A stretch of DNA of 64,000 nucleotides from Eledone cirrhosa (Eukaryota): positions 149,606,001 through 149,670,000 of the forward strand of contig OZ024741.1 in the NCBI GenBank assembly GCA_964016885.1, written 5' to 3'. Numbering within the stretch: position 1 is the first letter of the stretch; each line of letters begins with the position of its first letter. Positions 1 to 11,437 of the stretch are shown piece by piece. The notes under the pieces are model-generated. The model was not told the DNA's origin. It ran no database searches and saw only the letters and a program-made list of their open reading frames with translations. The position numbers and the translations under genes were made by a program.

Positions 1-220
1 TTTAATTATTTTTAATTAAGTGTTAAAGTTATTTTGACTAATTCACAATTATTGTGACTATGTGATTTAGAAGTTTGCTTCACATGCACATTATTCTGAG
101 TTCAATTCCATTACCTTGGGGAAGTGACTTCTGCTATATCTTCATGTAGGCCTGTTAGAAACTATTGATTCTATTCTTCACAAAATGTCACATAAAATAG
201 ATGTTACTGAGAAATGTTTA

Positions 221-476
221 ACCCTTTTGATACCAAATTACCTGAGACTGCACCTGGTTTTTATATTCAAACTATTTGTTTTGAAGTGTTTATATTTATC
301 TAAAAACCTTCCACCATTATTTTATATAAGAACCTTTGATAAGTTATGTTCCAAATACAAGCTTAATAATGAGAAAGTTAGTTATATTACTAAATCCTTC
401 AAAATTTTTGTTTATTTTCCAAATTATTTGAAAATTATAGACAGGGTCTTTCATTAGAAACATGGTAATAAATGGG
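221..476. mobile_element. TTAA-flanked MITE (piggyBac-like), degenerate; related pieces at ~510-610, ~35212-35392 and ~35490-35676
   Basis: Starts TTAA|CCCTTTTGATACC and ends GGTAATAAATGGG|TCAA (imperfect TIR). The internal motif 'tcattagaaatat' recurs in the other pieces, one ending AAAGGG|TTAA. Confidence 0.45.
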
Positions 477-621
477 TCAATCCTTTATATAAACATCTTA
501 TTTATTAAATTGTGATCCAAACGCCAACTTAATAATGAGAAAGATAGTTATATTACTAAATCCTTCCAAATTCTTAATCATTTGAAAATCATAGGTAGTG
601 TCTTTCATTAGAAATATAGTA

Positions 622-956
622 AAAGTAAAGACCCTCTTCGGTCATGAATGACCATGGGATTTGTACCTAGAAAGTTTCCCTCTGAGGCACAAGTCCAGGC
701 AAGGTTGTTTGTGGAATACCAACAGTTTCCCATGCATACCAGCCTCCCCTCTCCATGCCACCAATGATATCCAAGGGAAAGATAATGGATGATACAGCTT
801 GACGTCGCAACTCATTTCTACAGCTGAATAAACTGGAACAACGTGAAATAAAGTGTTTTGCTCAAGGAAACAATGCATCACCAGGTCCGAGAATCAAACT
901 CACAGCCTTCCGATTACAAGTCCAATGCTCTAACCACTAAGCCATGTGCCTTCACA
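622..956 (-). mobile_element. tRNA-derived CORE-type SINE with CTTTA-type tail
   Basis: Minus strand has an A-box (TGGCTTAGTGG), a B-box-like GAGTTTGATTCTC and CORE-like 'ttccttgagcaaaacacttt'. 13-bp TSD TAGAAATATAGTA at 609-621 and 957-969. Confidence 0.85.
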
Positions 957-1047
957 TAGAAATATAGTACAGAAAGAGGTAATTACAATTTCCTTTTTGT
1001 AATTGGTTCTATATAAGCATTGCCCCAGTTTTGTAATTTATCATTGT

Positions 1048-1633
1048 AGAATTGAGAGAGAGACTGAGCATCAGAGGAATCAAATGCTGTGTGCAGGAGA
1101 GGCGGATGCGTTGGTATGGACATGTGATGCGTATGAAGGATGACAGCTGCATAAAAAGGTGCAGAGCACTAGAAGTCAATGGAAGCCGCAGAGTGGGGAG
1201 ACCCAAGAAGACCTGGGATGAGGTGATAGGGGCCGACCTTACTCAGTTGCACCTCTCAAAGGCGATGACACACGACCGTGACCTCTGGCGTCATGCAGTA
1301 ATACAGAGTACCCGACCTCCCATGGGTACAAGCTGAAGCATATAGACAATATGCCCCCACATCCTCCCACTGCAAAGTGGTCATAGAGGTGCAAAAAAAG
1401 CACCCAGCCCACACTGTAAAGTGGACGTGTAGGCGCCACGGAAAAAAGCACCCAGCACTCAATGTAAATGAGGTTGGTGTTAGGAAGGGCATCCAGCTGT
1501 AGAAACTAGGCCAAAATCAGTTCCTGTATGAGCAAGGCATGGTCAGCCGACCAGACACTGCCCACAACAGGACAACCCGTCTAACCCATGCTAGCATGGA
1601 AGAACGGACTTAAAACGGTGATGATGATGATGA
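1048..1633 (+). mobile_element. 5'-truncated RTE LINE, family A (C-terminus, 3' UTR, (GAT)n tail)
   Basis: ORF 1052-1336 (RWYGHVMRM...GRPKKTW) and the UTR closely match 10847-11437. Confidence 0.92.
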
Positions 1634-2692
1634 ATGTCCCCTCATCCATCACCATTGTGGTAAATAAATAGTTGAAATTATTATTATCACCATTATTATT
1701 ATTTTTATTGTGTGCCTTGGGTATCCCAGTGTTGCTTTTGCTGCTGTTGTTTCTACTGTACAGAGAGTACTCTTCGTAATGTGTGCTGTACATAGTACTA
1801 TTTTCTGCAATCTGTATATATTTGTAAGTCCATGGTTTTGGGTTATCATTCTCATGGCACCTATTATAACAGGGATTGTCTCCATTTTCATCAGCCATAT
1901 TTCTATCTCTAGATCTTTACTTTTTTATTATTATATATCTATTATTTGTTATATCTATCTGTTGTTAGCCCTTGTGGCCAATAAAGAAACCATTATTATA
2001 TATCTATTATCATTATTATTATTATATTTAATCAAAATTCATTACATTGAAAATTAATATTCTCTAAAAGATTTTAAAATGTTTTTATTCTTTTACTGGT
2101 TTCAGTCAATAGACTTAAAGAAAGTTTAATCAATCATATCAACCTCAGTACTTATTCTATGTGACAGAAGCAAACAAATCATAGACACACGTGTGTTTCC
2201 AATACTTACTATCAGGGAAAACGGACATTAAATGCCAATGATGATGACTCATCACTATTTAACATCTATTTTTCGTGTTTGCATGGGATATATGGGCTGT
2301 CACATTCACTAGACTGGTTAAATGATCATGTCTCATTCATACGCCCCATTTTTGGTTTGACTTCTACAGCTGGATACCCTTCTAAATGCCAACCACTTCA
2401 CACTGTGTACTAGCTGCATTTTATCATGACTGACACTACCATCTATATAAATTCTGCAATTTCTGTCTGTCAAATTTCACTCCCAAGGCATATTACGTCA
2501 ACCCTAGTGAATAGCAGAAAACACTTATCCAAAGCGTGGTGGAGTGGAATTTAACCTGGAACAGTATGGATGTGAAGCAAACTCTTTAACCACACCACCA
2601 TGCCTTTTACTATAATATAATGAAAAACAGCTGCAAAGTAATCTTTGATGACTATTAAAATAATTGGTTTATTGTTGTATTATTATTTACAG

Positions 2693-2810
2693 GATGGTGA
2701 AGTTATTGGCATCAATACTCTCAAAGTTACAACTGGAATCTCCTTTGCCATTCCCAGTGACTATGCAAAGAAGTTTCTTTTGAAAACTGAACAGATTCTC
2801 TCTAATAAAC
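2693..2810 (+). CDS. HTRA2: HtrA2/Omi-like serine protease, internal exon (end of trypsin-like domain)
   Basis: Acceptor tttacAG|GAT and donor C|GTAAGA. Translates [23 protein letters not shown], the conserved HtrA motif after the catalytic Ser. Ends in phase 1, matching the next exon. Confidence 0.9.
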
Positions 2811-3221
2811 GTAAGATATTGTTGATATTGTTCTTGTTTAACTGTAGGTCAGCTCTAAATGAGTAAACCGATGATGTACGACATTGAATAGGACTCCCCT
2901 ATTTGCTATGTCTCTCCCTTTTCAAGACGGCGGTGTATAATTTGAGGGAAATTTCACTGCTATTTTTAACAGATCAAGCTATTATATCCTGCCATGGTCA
3001 ACTTTGCTTTCATTCTTCCAGAGTCAATAAAATAAAGTACCTGTTAGGTACTGGGTTTCAGTATAATCAACTTTCCATTACCCCAAATTAATGGCTTTGT
3101 GCCAATGTTAGAAAGAATTATTATTGTTATTGTTATTATCATCATCATCATCATTAAATGATGATGATGATTGTTCTTGAAGTCATTGTTAATATTATTT
3201 ATTACATTCATTTTATTTCAG

Positions 3222-3408
3222 CTGGAAAATCTTGGTTTGGTAGCAATAGCCCAGCATTGATAGGACAACCCCGTCATTATATTGGCATCACCATGCTTAC
3301 TTTAAATCCTTCAATCCTCATAACATTAAAAGAACGCCTTATTGACTTCCCTGATGTTTCCCATGGTATCTACATACACAAAATAATCATAGATTCTCCA
3401 GCAGATTG
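3222..3408 (+). CDS. HTRA2: HtrA2/Omi-like protease, exon encoding N-terminal half of PDZ domain
   Basis: Acceptor tttcAG|CT and donor TG|GTAAAT. RHYIGITMLTLNPSIL...FPDVSHGIYIHKIIIDSPA resembles the HtrA2 PDZ (RRYIGVMMLTL...FPDVQHGV). Phases 1/2 are consistent with neighbouring exons. Confidence 0.9.
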
Positions 3409-3723
3409 GTAAATAGTTAATCTTTTCTTCTGTTTAACTCACATCTTGCAATTATTTAGCAGAAAATATCTAAAAATGGGTTTGTTAATTCAAATATTTA
3501 TATCATTAATACTGGACAGATCAGTGTGAAAATTTGAAGTATTAAAGTAAAGACTTCAATTTTTAATGTAGTCATAGTGCTGTTTCTAGAATGTTTGTTA
3601 ATGCAGTTTCATGCGGTGCAGGACATTAAGAGTTAACATCCAATTTCTGTTCCTCTCATGGATGTATTCTTTATTGGCTAAGACTGGACAACAATCAAGT
3701 ACAGTGTGATTGTTTCTTTACCT

Positions 3724-5143
3724 TTGGCTTGGTTTCTACAGCTGGATGCCCTTCCTAACACCAACCTCAGAGTGAGTGCTGGGTGCTATTTCCGTGGCGC
3801 CTACACGTCCACTTTACAGTGTGGGCTGGGTGCTTTTTTGCCGTGGCACCTCCACGACCACCTTGCAGTAGGAGGGTGTGGGAGCATATTGTCTATATGC
3901 TTCAGCTTGTACCCATGGGAGGTCGGGTACTCTGTATTACTGCGTGACGCCAGAGGTCGCGGTCATCGCCTTTGAGAGGTGTAATTGGGTAAGGTTGGCT
4001 TTTATCACCTCATCCCAGGTCTTCTTGGGTCTCCCCACTCCGCGGTTTCCATTGACTTCTAGTGCTCTGCACCTTTTTATGCAGCTGTCATCCTTCATAC
4101 GCATCACATGTCCATACCAACGCAACCGCCTCTCCTGCACACAGCATTTGATTCCTCTTATGCTCAGTCTCTCTCTCAATTCATTTATGCTTTGTCGTTC
4201 GCGTATATTACTATTACACATCCATCGGAGCATGCAGGCTTCATTTCTTTCTAATCTACGTAAGTCTTCCACCTTCAGCGCCCAGGTCTCACTACCATGT
4301 AACATTGCTGTTGGGATACACGCATCATACAGTCTGCCTTTCATTTTGAGGGAGAAGCCTTTTGCAGCTAGCAGTGGCAGTAGTTCCCTGAACTTCTTCC
4401 ATCCCGTTCTTACCCTAGTTATTGTACTTTCTGAACACCCACCTCCACTGCTAATTCGGTCACCTAGGTAGCAGAAGCTGTCTACTGTTTCTACAGAGCC
4501 CTCCCAGAGATTGGTGGTACTTGTTTCCTGTGGCTGTTTGCTGCTTGCTGTCCCAGCACAGCTGCTACATGTGAAGCCTACATTCTTAATTAAGCTTCCT
4601 GAGATCCCGCTACATCTCTTGTGTATCCATTGTTTGCATTTGGGGCAGAGAATGGAGTTCCTACCTACACCTTTCCTACATACTGAGCAAGGCCATTTCC
4701 CTGAGGGGATCTGGGTTCTGTTTTCTCGTCTACTTACAAGGACCTTAGTCTTTGTCATGTTGACTTTGAGACCCTTTCTTTCTAGTCCCTGCTTCCAAGT
4801 TTGGAATTTCTTCTCTAGTTCTACCATAGATTCAGCTATAAGTGCGAGGTCATCAGCATACAGGAGTTCCCATGGGCATCCGGTCTTAAATTCCTCCTTT
4901 ATTGCCTACAGGACTATGATGAACAGAAGAGTGCTAAGAACAGAGCCCTGGTGGACACCAACCTGTACGCTAAATTCCTCGCTATACTCATTGCTAATCC
5001 TAACTTTGCTGACTGCTCCCCTATACATGGCTTGTACAGCTTTCACAAGCCATTCATCTACTCCTAGTTTTCTAAGAGCCCACCAGATTACAGCACGTGG
5101 AACTCTGTCAAAGGCTTTCTCGAGATCGACGAATGCCAGGTAG
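3724..5143 (-). mobile_element. 5'-truncated RTE LINE, family A (RT, PHD, C-terminus, partial 3' UTR)
   Basis: ORFs 4906-5208 and 3937-4827 are nearly identical to the protein at 9089-11134, separated by an in-frame stop. The 5' junction is in a (TA)n tract and the (GAT)n tail is missing. Confidence 0.93.
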
Positions 5144-5160
5144 ATATATATATATATATC

Positions 5161-5862
5161 AAGATGGAGGTGGACATGGTAGTGGAATGATAAGGTAGAT
5201 AGAGCCATAAAAATGAAACGGCAAGCCTGAAGAGACTAGAAGAAAAGGGGAGACAGGAAGTAATACTAAATAGCTAGAAGAGAGGCCAGGTGCCAGGTAT
5301 ACCTAGCAAGAGCAGAGACAGAAAAGAAGTTTGCACTTGTTCTGCATCATGAAGATCAGAGGTGTGAATTGTTTTGGATTACCAGACAGTGTGCTAAAGA
5401 AAATCGTGATGTGATTGGGGAAAAGTGCATTCAAAATTATAATGGATCACTTGCCCTGTCTGATGTTAGAAAGAAGAAAGCATGAAAACTTACTGAGATA
5501 CTAATGAATGAAGACAATAAATGAGAGACCCAAATTAGGAACCAGCTTTAAAAGTTGACAACAGTGTAGTAGATAAATCAAATAAAGACATGAAGGTGGA
5601 GAAGGTAGCTGAACCATCTGGTATAGTTACTGAGATGCTAAAAGCATCTGGTAGGATATTCGCTGGTCAGACACATATTTAATCAAGTAGTACAGGAAGG
5701 AGTCATACCAAATGACTTGCACAGCTGTATCATTGTAAATTGCTACAAAGGCAAAGGAGATGCGCGATAGAGAAGTATAACTATAGAGGTATCAAGCTGA
5801 TGGACCAGGTCATGAAGGTTGCTGAAAGGGTTATAGAACAGCTAATTAGGGCCAGAATCAAG
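5161..5862 (+). mobile_element. Older decayed RTE LINE, 5' part (interrupted by the young RTE)
   Basis: Degenerate WNDKVD...VIGEKCI...NCYKGKGDA...GIKLMDQVMKVAERVIEQLIRARIK. The frame resumes at 11446 as LDEIRSGFIPGRGTTD. Confidence 0.88.
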
Positions 5863-5864
5863 GT

Positions 5865-7770
5865 TACTACCCTGTCTTTAACCTAATTCATTCAATCTGA
5901 AAATATTGAAGAGATAAGACACTTTCCCATTCTTCTCTGCTAAAATGTATCACTAGAGCTGATTCCAATTTTCCCAGCCAGCCATCCATCTAATCTACGA
6001 AGGTATTTTAGCCTACATATTGTCGTTAATATTATGATGTTCCCTGCTGTATTAGCGTTAAATTTTCGAGGGTTTCTCTTAGTAGTTTTTTTCATGACGT
6101 TATTATTGTTAATTTTACTGATGTAGTATTAACTTATTAACTTGGATATTTACCATGCGGTATTCTAATCCTATTGTATCTCTCTCAGTTATTTACCATG
6201 CGACCCTCAGTTCCTACCCCCCCCCCCTCTCTATGCACTTCTTTAAGGCTTACTACCCTGTCTTTAACCTAATTCATTCAATCTGAAAATATTGAAGAGA
6301 TAAGACACTTTCCCATTCTTCTCTGCTAAAATGTATCACTAGAGCTGATTCCAATTTTCCCAGCCAGCCATCCATCTAATCTACGAAGGTATTTTAGCCT
6401 ACATATTGTCGTTAATATTATGATGTTCCCTGCTGTATTAGCGTTAAATTTTCCCTGCTGTATTAGCGATAAATTTTCGAGGGTTTCTCTTAGTAGTTTT
6501 TTTCATGACGTTATTATTGTTAATTTTACTGATGTAGTATTAACTTATTAACTTGGATATTTACCATGCGGTATTCTAATCCTATTGTATCTCTCTCAGT
6601 TATTTACCTTCCTACCCCCCCCCCTCTCTATGCACTTCTTTAAGGCTTACTACCCTGTCTTTAACCTAATTCATTCAATCTGAAAATATTGAAGAGATAA
6701 GACACTTTCCCATTCTTCTCTGCTAAAATGTATCACTAGAGCTGATTCCAATTTTCCCAGCCAGCCATCCATCTAATCTACGAAGGTATTTTAGCCTACA
6801 TATTGTCGTTAATATTATGATGTTCCCTGCTGTATTAGCGTTAAATTTTCCCTGCTGTATTAGCGATAAATTTTCGAGGGTTTCTCTTAGTAGTTTTTTT
6901 CATGACGTTATTATTGTTAATTTTACTGATGTAGTATTAACTTATTAACTTGGATATTTACCATGCGGTATTCTAATCCTATTGTATCTCTCTCAGTTAT
7001 TTACCTTCCTACCCCCCCCCTCTCTATGCACTTCTTTAAGGCTTACTACCCTGTCTTTAACCTAATTCATTCAATCTGAAAATATTGAAGAGATAAGACA
7101 CTTTCCCATTCTTCTCTGCTAAAATGTATCACTAGAGCTGATTCCAATTTTCCCAGCCAGCCATCCATCTAATCTACGAAGGTATTTTAGCCTACATATT
7201 GTCGTTAATATTATGATGTTCCCTGCTGTATTAGCGTTAAATTTTCCCTGCTGTATTAGCGATAAATTTTCGAGGGTTTCTCTTAGTAGTTTTTTTCATG
7301 ACGTTATTATTGTTAATTTTACTGATGTAGTATTAACTTATTAACTTGGATATTTACCATGCGGTATTCTAATCCTATTGTATCTCTCTCAGTTATTTAC
7401 CTTCCTACCCCCCCCCCCCTCTCTATGCACTTCTTTAAGGCTTACTACCCTGTCTTTAACCTAATTCATTCAATCTGAAAATATTGAAGAGATAAGACAC
7501 TTTCCCATTCTTCTCTGCTAAAATGTATCACTAGAGCTGATTCCAATTTTCCCAGCCAGCCATCCATCTAATCTACGAAGGTATTTTAGCCTACATATTG
7601 TCGTTAATATTATGATGTTCCCTGCTGTATTAGCGTTAAATTTTCCCTGCTGTATTAGCGATAAATTTTCGAGGGTTTCTCTTAGTAGTTTTTTTCATGA
7701 CGTTATTATTGTTAATTTTACTGATGTAGTATTAACTTGGATATTTACCATGCGACCCTCAGTTCCTACC
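5865..7770 (+). repeat. Tandem array of ~386-399 bp monomers (~4.8 copies) forming the LINE 5' region
   Basis: 'TACTACCCTGTCTTTAACC' recurs at 5865, 6251, 6648, 7044 and 7443. Units differ mainly by short indels and C-run length. Confidence 0.95.
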
Positions 7771-8013
7771 TCACAATTTCCCTCCCCCCCACCCCCACAC
7801 ACCACCATAGTCTATTCGACCAATCAAACCTAGCATGCCATTTCCACTGCTGCTGCTGCTACTACCTGCCTAACTAACTCTCTCCTCCTCTGGCGCATCC
7901 CAACACACCCTGCCATTACCCCACCACCACTGTCCTTCTAGCCCTCAATTTTCCCACCGTTATGGATGGATGAGCTGGGAATACACGAGCAACTCTGAAT
8001 CAATAGATGAAAT

Positions 8014-11000
8014 ATGAATCTGCGAGCTACCAAGCACCCACGTGAAGCTCCAACCCAGAGACCCTCCCCTACGAGTGTCGACAAATGCCCAAAACTCCGA
8101 GTTGGTACCATCAATGTAGGCTCAATGAAAGGAAGAGCAGGAGAAATCGTAGAAATGCTAGAGCGAAAGGAAGTTGATGTATGCTGTGTGCAAGAGACTA
8201 GATGGAGAGGAGGGTCTGCTAGAGTCCTTGTAGGAAAAAGCCAGTGCTACAAATTTTTCTGGGTGGGAAATGACGATGGGATGGGTGGTGTAGGTATACT
8301 ATTAGCTGACAAGTGGGTAGATAAAGTAATCTCAGTGTACAGGGTAAATGCAAGAATCATTAAACTCAGACTAGTCCTGAATAAGACAATTACCACAATA
8401 ATATCAGCTTACGCACCCCAATCGGGGCTGCCAGACGAACTTAAGGATAGGTTTTACGAGTCCCTAATACACACTACTGCTCTAACAGACGACAAGGACT
8501 TCCTAATCATTGCAGGAGATTTTAACGGACACGTAGGTAAACACTGCGACGGCTTCAATAGAGTACATGGAGGCCATGGAGTTGGCACAAGGAATGAGGA
8601 AGGATTCAGACTTCTAGAATTCTGCGACGCCAATGACATGTCGATATGTAACACAAACTTTAAAAAACCCGACAACCACCTGATCACCTATAGATCAGGG
8701 GAGCACTCTAGTCAGTTAGATTTTATCCTCATCAGAGGACGTGACAGATGGACGGTCGTAAACACAAAAGCCTTCCCTAGTGAGGAATGTACATCCCAAC
8801 ATAGCTTAGTTGTCAGCGACCTCACGGTCAGAACTAGACGAGCCCTGAAACAGAGGCCAACCTGGAGAAGAAAGATCTGGAAGCTGAAAGTCCCCTCAAC
8901 CAGTAACAGATTTAAAGATATTTTACTCAACGCCTACGACAGTAAAGAAGAACAGATAGAGACATTTAACGTAGAAGAGAACTGGGAGTTCCTAAAAAAT
9001 AACTTACTAGAGGCGACGGATGAGGTTTGTGGCTGGAGTAAGACCTCAAGCAGGAGGAGAGTGACTTGGTGGTGGAACAATAAGGTAGATGAAGCAGTCA
9101 AGGCCAAGAGACAGGCATGGAAAGAATGGAAGAACGGGGGGGAGCAGGGTACATTACATAGAGACCAAGAGGGAAGCTAGGCGACAAGTATACTTAGCTA
9201 GGAGGGAAGCAGAGGATAGAAAATTCAAGCATGTTTTACAACGTGAGGACCAGAAACAGGAGGTATTCAAGATTGCGAGGCAGTGTGTCAGAGATAGTTG
9301 TGATGTCATTGGAGAGAAGTGTATCCGGAATGATAAAGGTGAGCTTGCCCTCACAAGTGCTGAGAAGAAAGATGCATGGAAGAGTCATTATGATAGATTA
9401 CTAAATGAGGAGAATGCATGGGAAGAAGAGACCCTACCCCACGTAGACCCTATAGAGGGACCAGCAGTACAAGTCAGCGGCAGCGTAGTAAGTAAGGCAA
9501 TCAGAGATATGAAGATAGGGAAGGCAACCGGTCCATCGGGTATAGCTGCCGAGATGCTGAAGGCATCTGGGTCTGTAGGTCACACTATAACCACACGTAT
9601 CGTTAACCAGGTAATACTAGAGGGGGCCATACCAAAAGATTGGTGCAGTAGCATCATTGTCAACTGCTACAAAGGTAAAGGCGATGCACTAGATAGAGGA
9701 AACTATAGAGGTATAAAGTTGATGGACCAGGTCATGAAAGTAACAGAAAGAGTTATAGCACAGCTGATTAGGGACCGGGTGAATATAGACGAGATGCAAT
9801 TTGGGTTTGTACCAGGGAAAGGCACCACTGATGCGCTCTTCCTTGTGAGGCAATTACAGGAAAAGTACCTAGCTAAAAGTAAGCCACTCTACTTGGCATT
9901 TGTCGACCTTGAGAAAGCCTTTGACAGAGTTCCACGTGCAGTAATCTGGTGGGCTCTTAGAAAACTAGGAGTAGATGAATGGCTTGGGAAAGCGGTACAA
10001 GCCATGTATAGGGGAGCAGTCAGCAAAGTTAGGATTGGCAATGAGTATAGCGAGGAATTTAGCGTACAGGTTGGGGTCCACCAGGGCTCTGTTCTTAGCC
10101 CTCTCCTGTTCATCATAGTCCTGCAGGCAATAACGGAGGAGTTTAAGACCGGATGCCCATGGGAACTCCTGTATGCTGATGACCTCGCACTCATAGCTGA
10201 ATCTATGGTAGAACTAGAGAATAAATTCCAAACCTGGAAGCAGGGACTAGAGAGAAAGGGCCTCAAAGTCAACATGACAAAGACTAAGGTCCTTATAAGT
10301 AGACGAGAAAACAGAACCCAGATCCCCTCAGGGAAATGGCCTTGCTCAGTATGTAGGAAAGGTGTAGGTAGGAACTCCATTCTTTGCCCCAAATGCAAAC
10401 AATGGGTACACAAGAGATGTAGCGGGATCTCAGGAAGCTTAATTAAGAATGTAGGATTCACATGCAGCAGCTGTGCTGAAACAGCAAGCAAACGGCCACA
10501 GGAAACAAGTACCACCAATCTCTGGGAGGGCCCTGTAGAAACAGTAGACAGCTTCTGCTACCTAGGTGACCGAATTAGCAACGGAGGTGGGTGCTCAGAA
10601 AGTACAATAACTAGGGTAAGAACGGGATGGAAGAAGTTTAGGGAACTACTACCACTGCTAGCTGCAAAAGGCTTCTCCCTCAGAATGAAAGGCAGACTGT
10701 ATGATGCGTGTATCCGAACAGCGATGTTGCATGGTAGTGAGACCTGGGCGCTGAAGGTGGAAGACTTACGTAGATTAGAGAGAAACGAAGCCTGCATGCT
10801 CCGATGGATGTGTAACAGTAATATACGTGAACGACAAAGCATAAATGAATTGAGAGAGAGACTGAGCATAAGAGGAATCAAATGCTGCGTGCAGGAGAGG
10901 CGGTTACGCTGGTATGGACATGTGATGCGTATGAAGGATGACAGCTGCATAAAAAGGTGCAGAGCACTAGAAGTTGATGGAAACCGCGGAGTGGGGAGAC

Positions 11001-11134
11001 CCAAGATGACTTGGGATGAGGTGATAAAAGCCGACCTTACCCAACTACACCTCTCAAAGTCAATGACACACGACCGTGACTTCTGGCGTCACGCAGTAAT
11101 ACAGGGTACCCGACCTCCCATGGGTACATGCTGA
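8014..11134 (+). CDS. RTE LINE ORF: AP endonuclease + reverse transcriptase with internal PHD finger; one +1 frameshift in G7 run at 9136-9142
   Basis: APE motifs GTINVG, CVQETRW, SAYAPQ, IAGDFNGHVG, LDFIL, SQHSLV. RT motifs NYRGIKL, QFGF, FVDLEKAFD, GVHQGSVLSP, YADD, FCYLG. Removing one G joins ORFs 8014-9180 and 9089-11134 into 1039 aa. Confidence 0.93.
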
Positions 11135-11437
11135 AGCATATAAACAATATGCCCCCCCCCCCCCCCACCGCAAGGTGGTCGTGGAGGTGCCACGGCAAAA
11201 AAGCACCCAGCCCACACTGTAAAGTGGACGTGTAGGCGCCACGAAAAAGCACCCAGCACTCACTGTAAATGAGGTTGGTGTTAGGAAGGGCATCCAGCTG
11301 TAGAAATCAAGCCAGATCACTTCCTGTATGAGCAAGGCATGGTCAGCCGACCAGACACTGCCCACAACAGGACAACCCGTCTAACCCATGCTAGCGTGGA
11401 AGAACGGACGTAAAACGGTGATGATGATGATGATGAT

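Larger units (their letters stand above)
5863..11437 (+). mobile_element. Young, apparently full-length RTE-clade LINE (family A), 5.6 kb
   Basis: 8-bp TSD GAATCAAG at 5855-5862 and 11438-11445. Contains tandem 5' monomers, an APE+RT coding region, a 3' UTR and a (GAT)n tail. Confidence 0.93.

Noticed and set aside
5865-7770. Tandem array as CRISPR or independent satellite
   Set aside because: Units are ~390 bp with no unique spacers, the context is eukaryotic, and the array lies inside the LINE's TSDs.
9130-9145. Programmed ribosomal frameshift in the RTE ORF
   Set aside because: The shift needed is +1 at a G homopolymer, RTE elements normally have one continuous ORF, and an indel or sequencing error is simpler.
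9889-11004. Long antisense ORFs (9889-10518, 10558-11004; also 3878-4471, 4511-5143, 22952-23500)
   Set aside because: Shadow frames of the RTE coding strand with no recognisable motifs; they recur only because the copies are homologous.
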